Origin: Hypanus sabinus
Lineage: Eukaryota
DNA: 64,000 bases
Direction of reading: 5' to 3'
Assembly (NCBI RefSeq): GCF_030144855.1
Contig: NC_082720.1
Span: 39,742,001-39,806,000 of the forward strand
Part shown: positions 62,161 through 64,000 of the stretch, piece after piece
How the letters are laid out: every line of letters starts with the position of its first letter
Numbering within the stretch: the first letter of the stretch is position 1
Position numbers and translations under genes: made by a program
Notes under the pieces: generated by a model
What the model was told of the DNA's origin: nothing
Database searches by the model: none
What the model saw: the letters and a program-made list of their open reading frames with translations, nothing else

Positions 62161-63629
62161 CAGTTGTGAGAAAGTTTATGAACCCTTTGCAATTAACTGG
62201 TTTTCTGCATTAATTACTTATATAAAAAAATGTGGTCAAAGCTTCATCTAAGTCACAATAATAGACAAACATAATCTGCCTAAACTAGTAACACACAAAC
62301 AATTGTACTACTGCTTGTCATTACTAAGTACACCATTTAAACAATCACAGCGAGGTTCAAATATACATAAACCTCTGGGGTAATGCATTCTACAAAAGCT
62401 GTTTGGAGTCAGCTGTTCCAATCAATGAGATGAGATTGGAGGTGTGAGTTGTAGAGGGACCCTGCCCTTTAAAAAAGCCACGCAAAGTTAGGTTACTGAC
62501 AGAGAATGCGCTTCTTAATAAAGATCTCTTTATATGCACCATGTTTCGATCAAAGCTACCTTCAGAGGACCTTAGAAGAAGAATTGTAGAGATGCATGAA
62601 GTTGGAAAAGGATACAAAAGCATTTCTAAAGACCTGGCAGGGGAAAATTCAGTACCGTTGCTACTCACCCGAGAAGTGGGTGTCCTGCGAAGATCACACC
62701 AAGAGCACAATGCAGAAGGAGGTGAAAAAGAACCCAAGGGTAACAGCAAAAAACCTGCAGAAATCACTAGAAGCACAACATGGAGGAAGCCACTGTTCTT
62801 CTCAAAAAAAAAATGCTATATGTCTCAAGTTTGCAAAGACCACCTGGATGTTCCACAGTGGTTCTGGGACAATATTCTGTGGATAGATGAGGCAAAAGTT
62901 GACCATTTTAGCAGAAATGTACACTGCCATGTTTGGACGAAAAAGGGCACCAAAACCAAGATGTCATAACAGCTGTGAAGCATGATGGAAGGAACATCAT
63001 GGCTTGGGGCTGCTTTGCTGCCTCAGGGCCTGGACCGCTTGCAACTTGTTGAGAGAACAATGAATTGAAAATTTGTATCAAGACATTTTACAGGAGAATG
63101 TCGGGGTAGTGTCTGTCATCTGAAGCTTAATAGAAGTTGGATGATGCAGCAAGTGTATATCAACAACAGAATGGGTTAAAAAGAAGAGAATTCATGTTTT
63201 GGAATGGCCAAGTCAGAGTTCAGATCTTAACTCAGTTGAGACGCTATGGCATAACCTGAAGAGGGCTGTTCATGGAAGGTATCCCAGGAATATTGATGAA
63301 CTGAAAGTTTTGTGTGGAGGAATGGTCTAACATTCCTCCAAGCTGATGTGCAGGACTAATCAATGGTTACTGGAAACATTTGGTTGAAGTTATTGCAATA
63401 CAAGGGGACACACCAGTTACCGAAAGCAAAGGTTCACGTACTTTTCCAACAAATATTTGTAATTTTCTCAATAAATAAATGAACAAGAATGTTTTTTGTG
63501 TTTGTTTATTTAATTGGGTTCTCTTTATTTCATTTTAGGCCTTGCATGAAGATCTGATCACATTTTAAGTCATATTTATGCAGAAATAGAGAAAATTCTA
63601 AAGGTTCACAAAACTTCATAGTGCCACTG
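62161..63629 (+). mobile_element. Tc1-like DNA transposon with inactivated transposase
   Basis: TA|CAGTTGTGAGAAAGTTTATGAACC ... GGTTCACAAAACTTCATAGTGCCACTG|TA; GKGYKSISK, ILWIDEAK and WPSQSSDLNSVETLW motifs with frameshifts. Confidence 0.9.
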
Positions 63630-64000
63630 TATACATACCCAAACTAACTTCTGCTATGAACTCAATCTTATTTCAGCACATTTTTATACCATTTATTAAT
63701 AAAATGTAATTATCTACTGAAATAACATTTTGTTTTAGCCAAGTAACATTATGTGGTGTATTTTTAATTGGTAATTCATCTTCAGGAGGTTTTCAGTGAT
63801 TCTTTCTCATTTGGTACCAGTATAGTTTCTACACTGGCAACTTCACCCTTCCTATATATTATTTGCGTACTGTAATATTGTCATGCATTTTGTCCCTTAC
63901 TATTCTCATGTCATTTACACATTTCTCTGTTGGTAACTTGTTTATGTTCAGAAGTGTGAAGACTGATTAGCTATTTAAAACCTTTACTAAGATATGGGTA

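Overview
Vertebrate genomic DNA, most likely a cartilaginous fish (inferred from the CR1, Rex1, Penelope, V-SINE and Tc1 repeat content). It carries the conserved sncb(-) / eif4e1b(+) / tspan17(+) block. I reconstructed exons by hand from GT-AG boundaries and reading phase: three coding exons of beta-synuclein (the acidic-tail exons must lie left of the window), all seven coding exons of eIF4E1B (211 aa) and the first two coding exons of TSPAN17. Introns and intergenic DNA are dense with transposable elements. Main observations: (1) the beta-synuclein keeps the 11-residue NAC segment that mammalian beta-synuclein lacks; (2) a very young 4.2-kb CsRn1/Kabuki-type Gypsy element sits in a synuclein intron, with a tRNA-Trp primer site, CHCC Gag, a G_GGA_AAC slippery site plus candidate pseudoknot, and an AT-hook at the integrase tail; (3) a Penelope insertion carries a core-intact minimal hammerhead ribozyme motif; (4) a four-layer transposon nest; (5) eIF4E1B lacks the Ser209-equivalent phosphosite; (6) a locally templated 75-bp insertion. 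All coordinates and alignments were made by eye without searches. Most short ORFs in the supplied track are spurious or transposon remnants.
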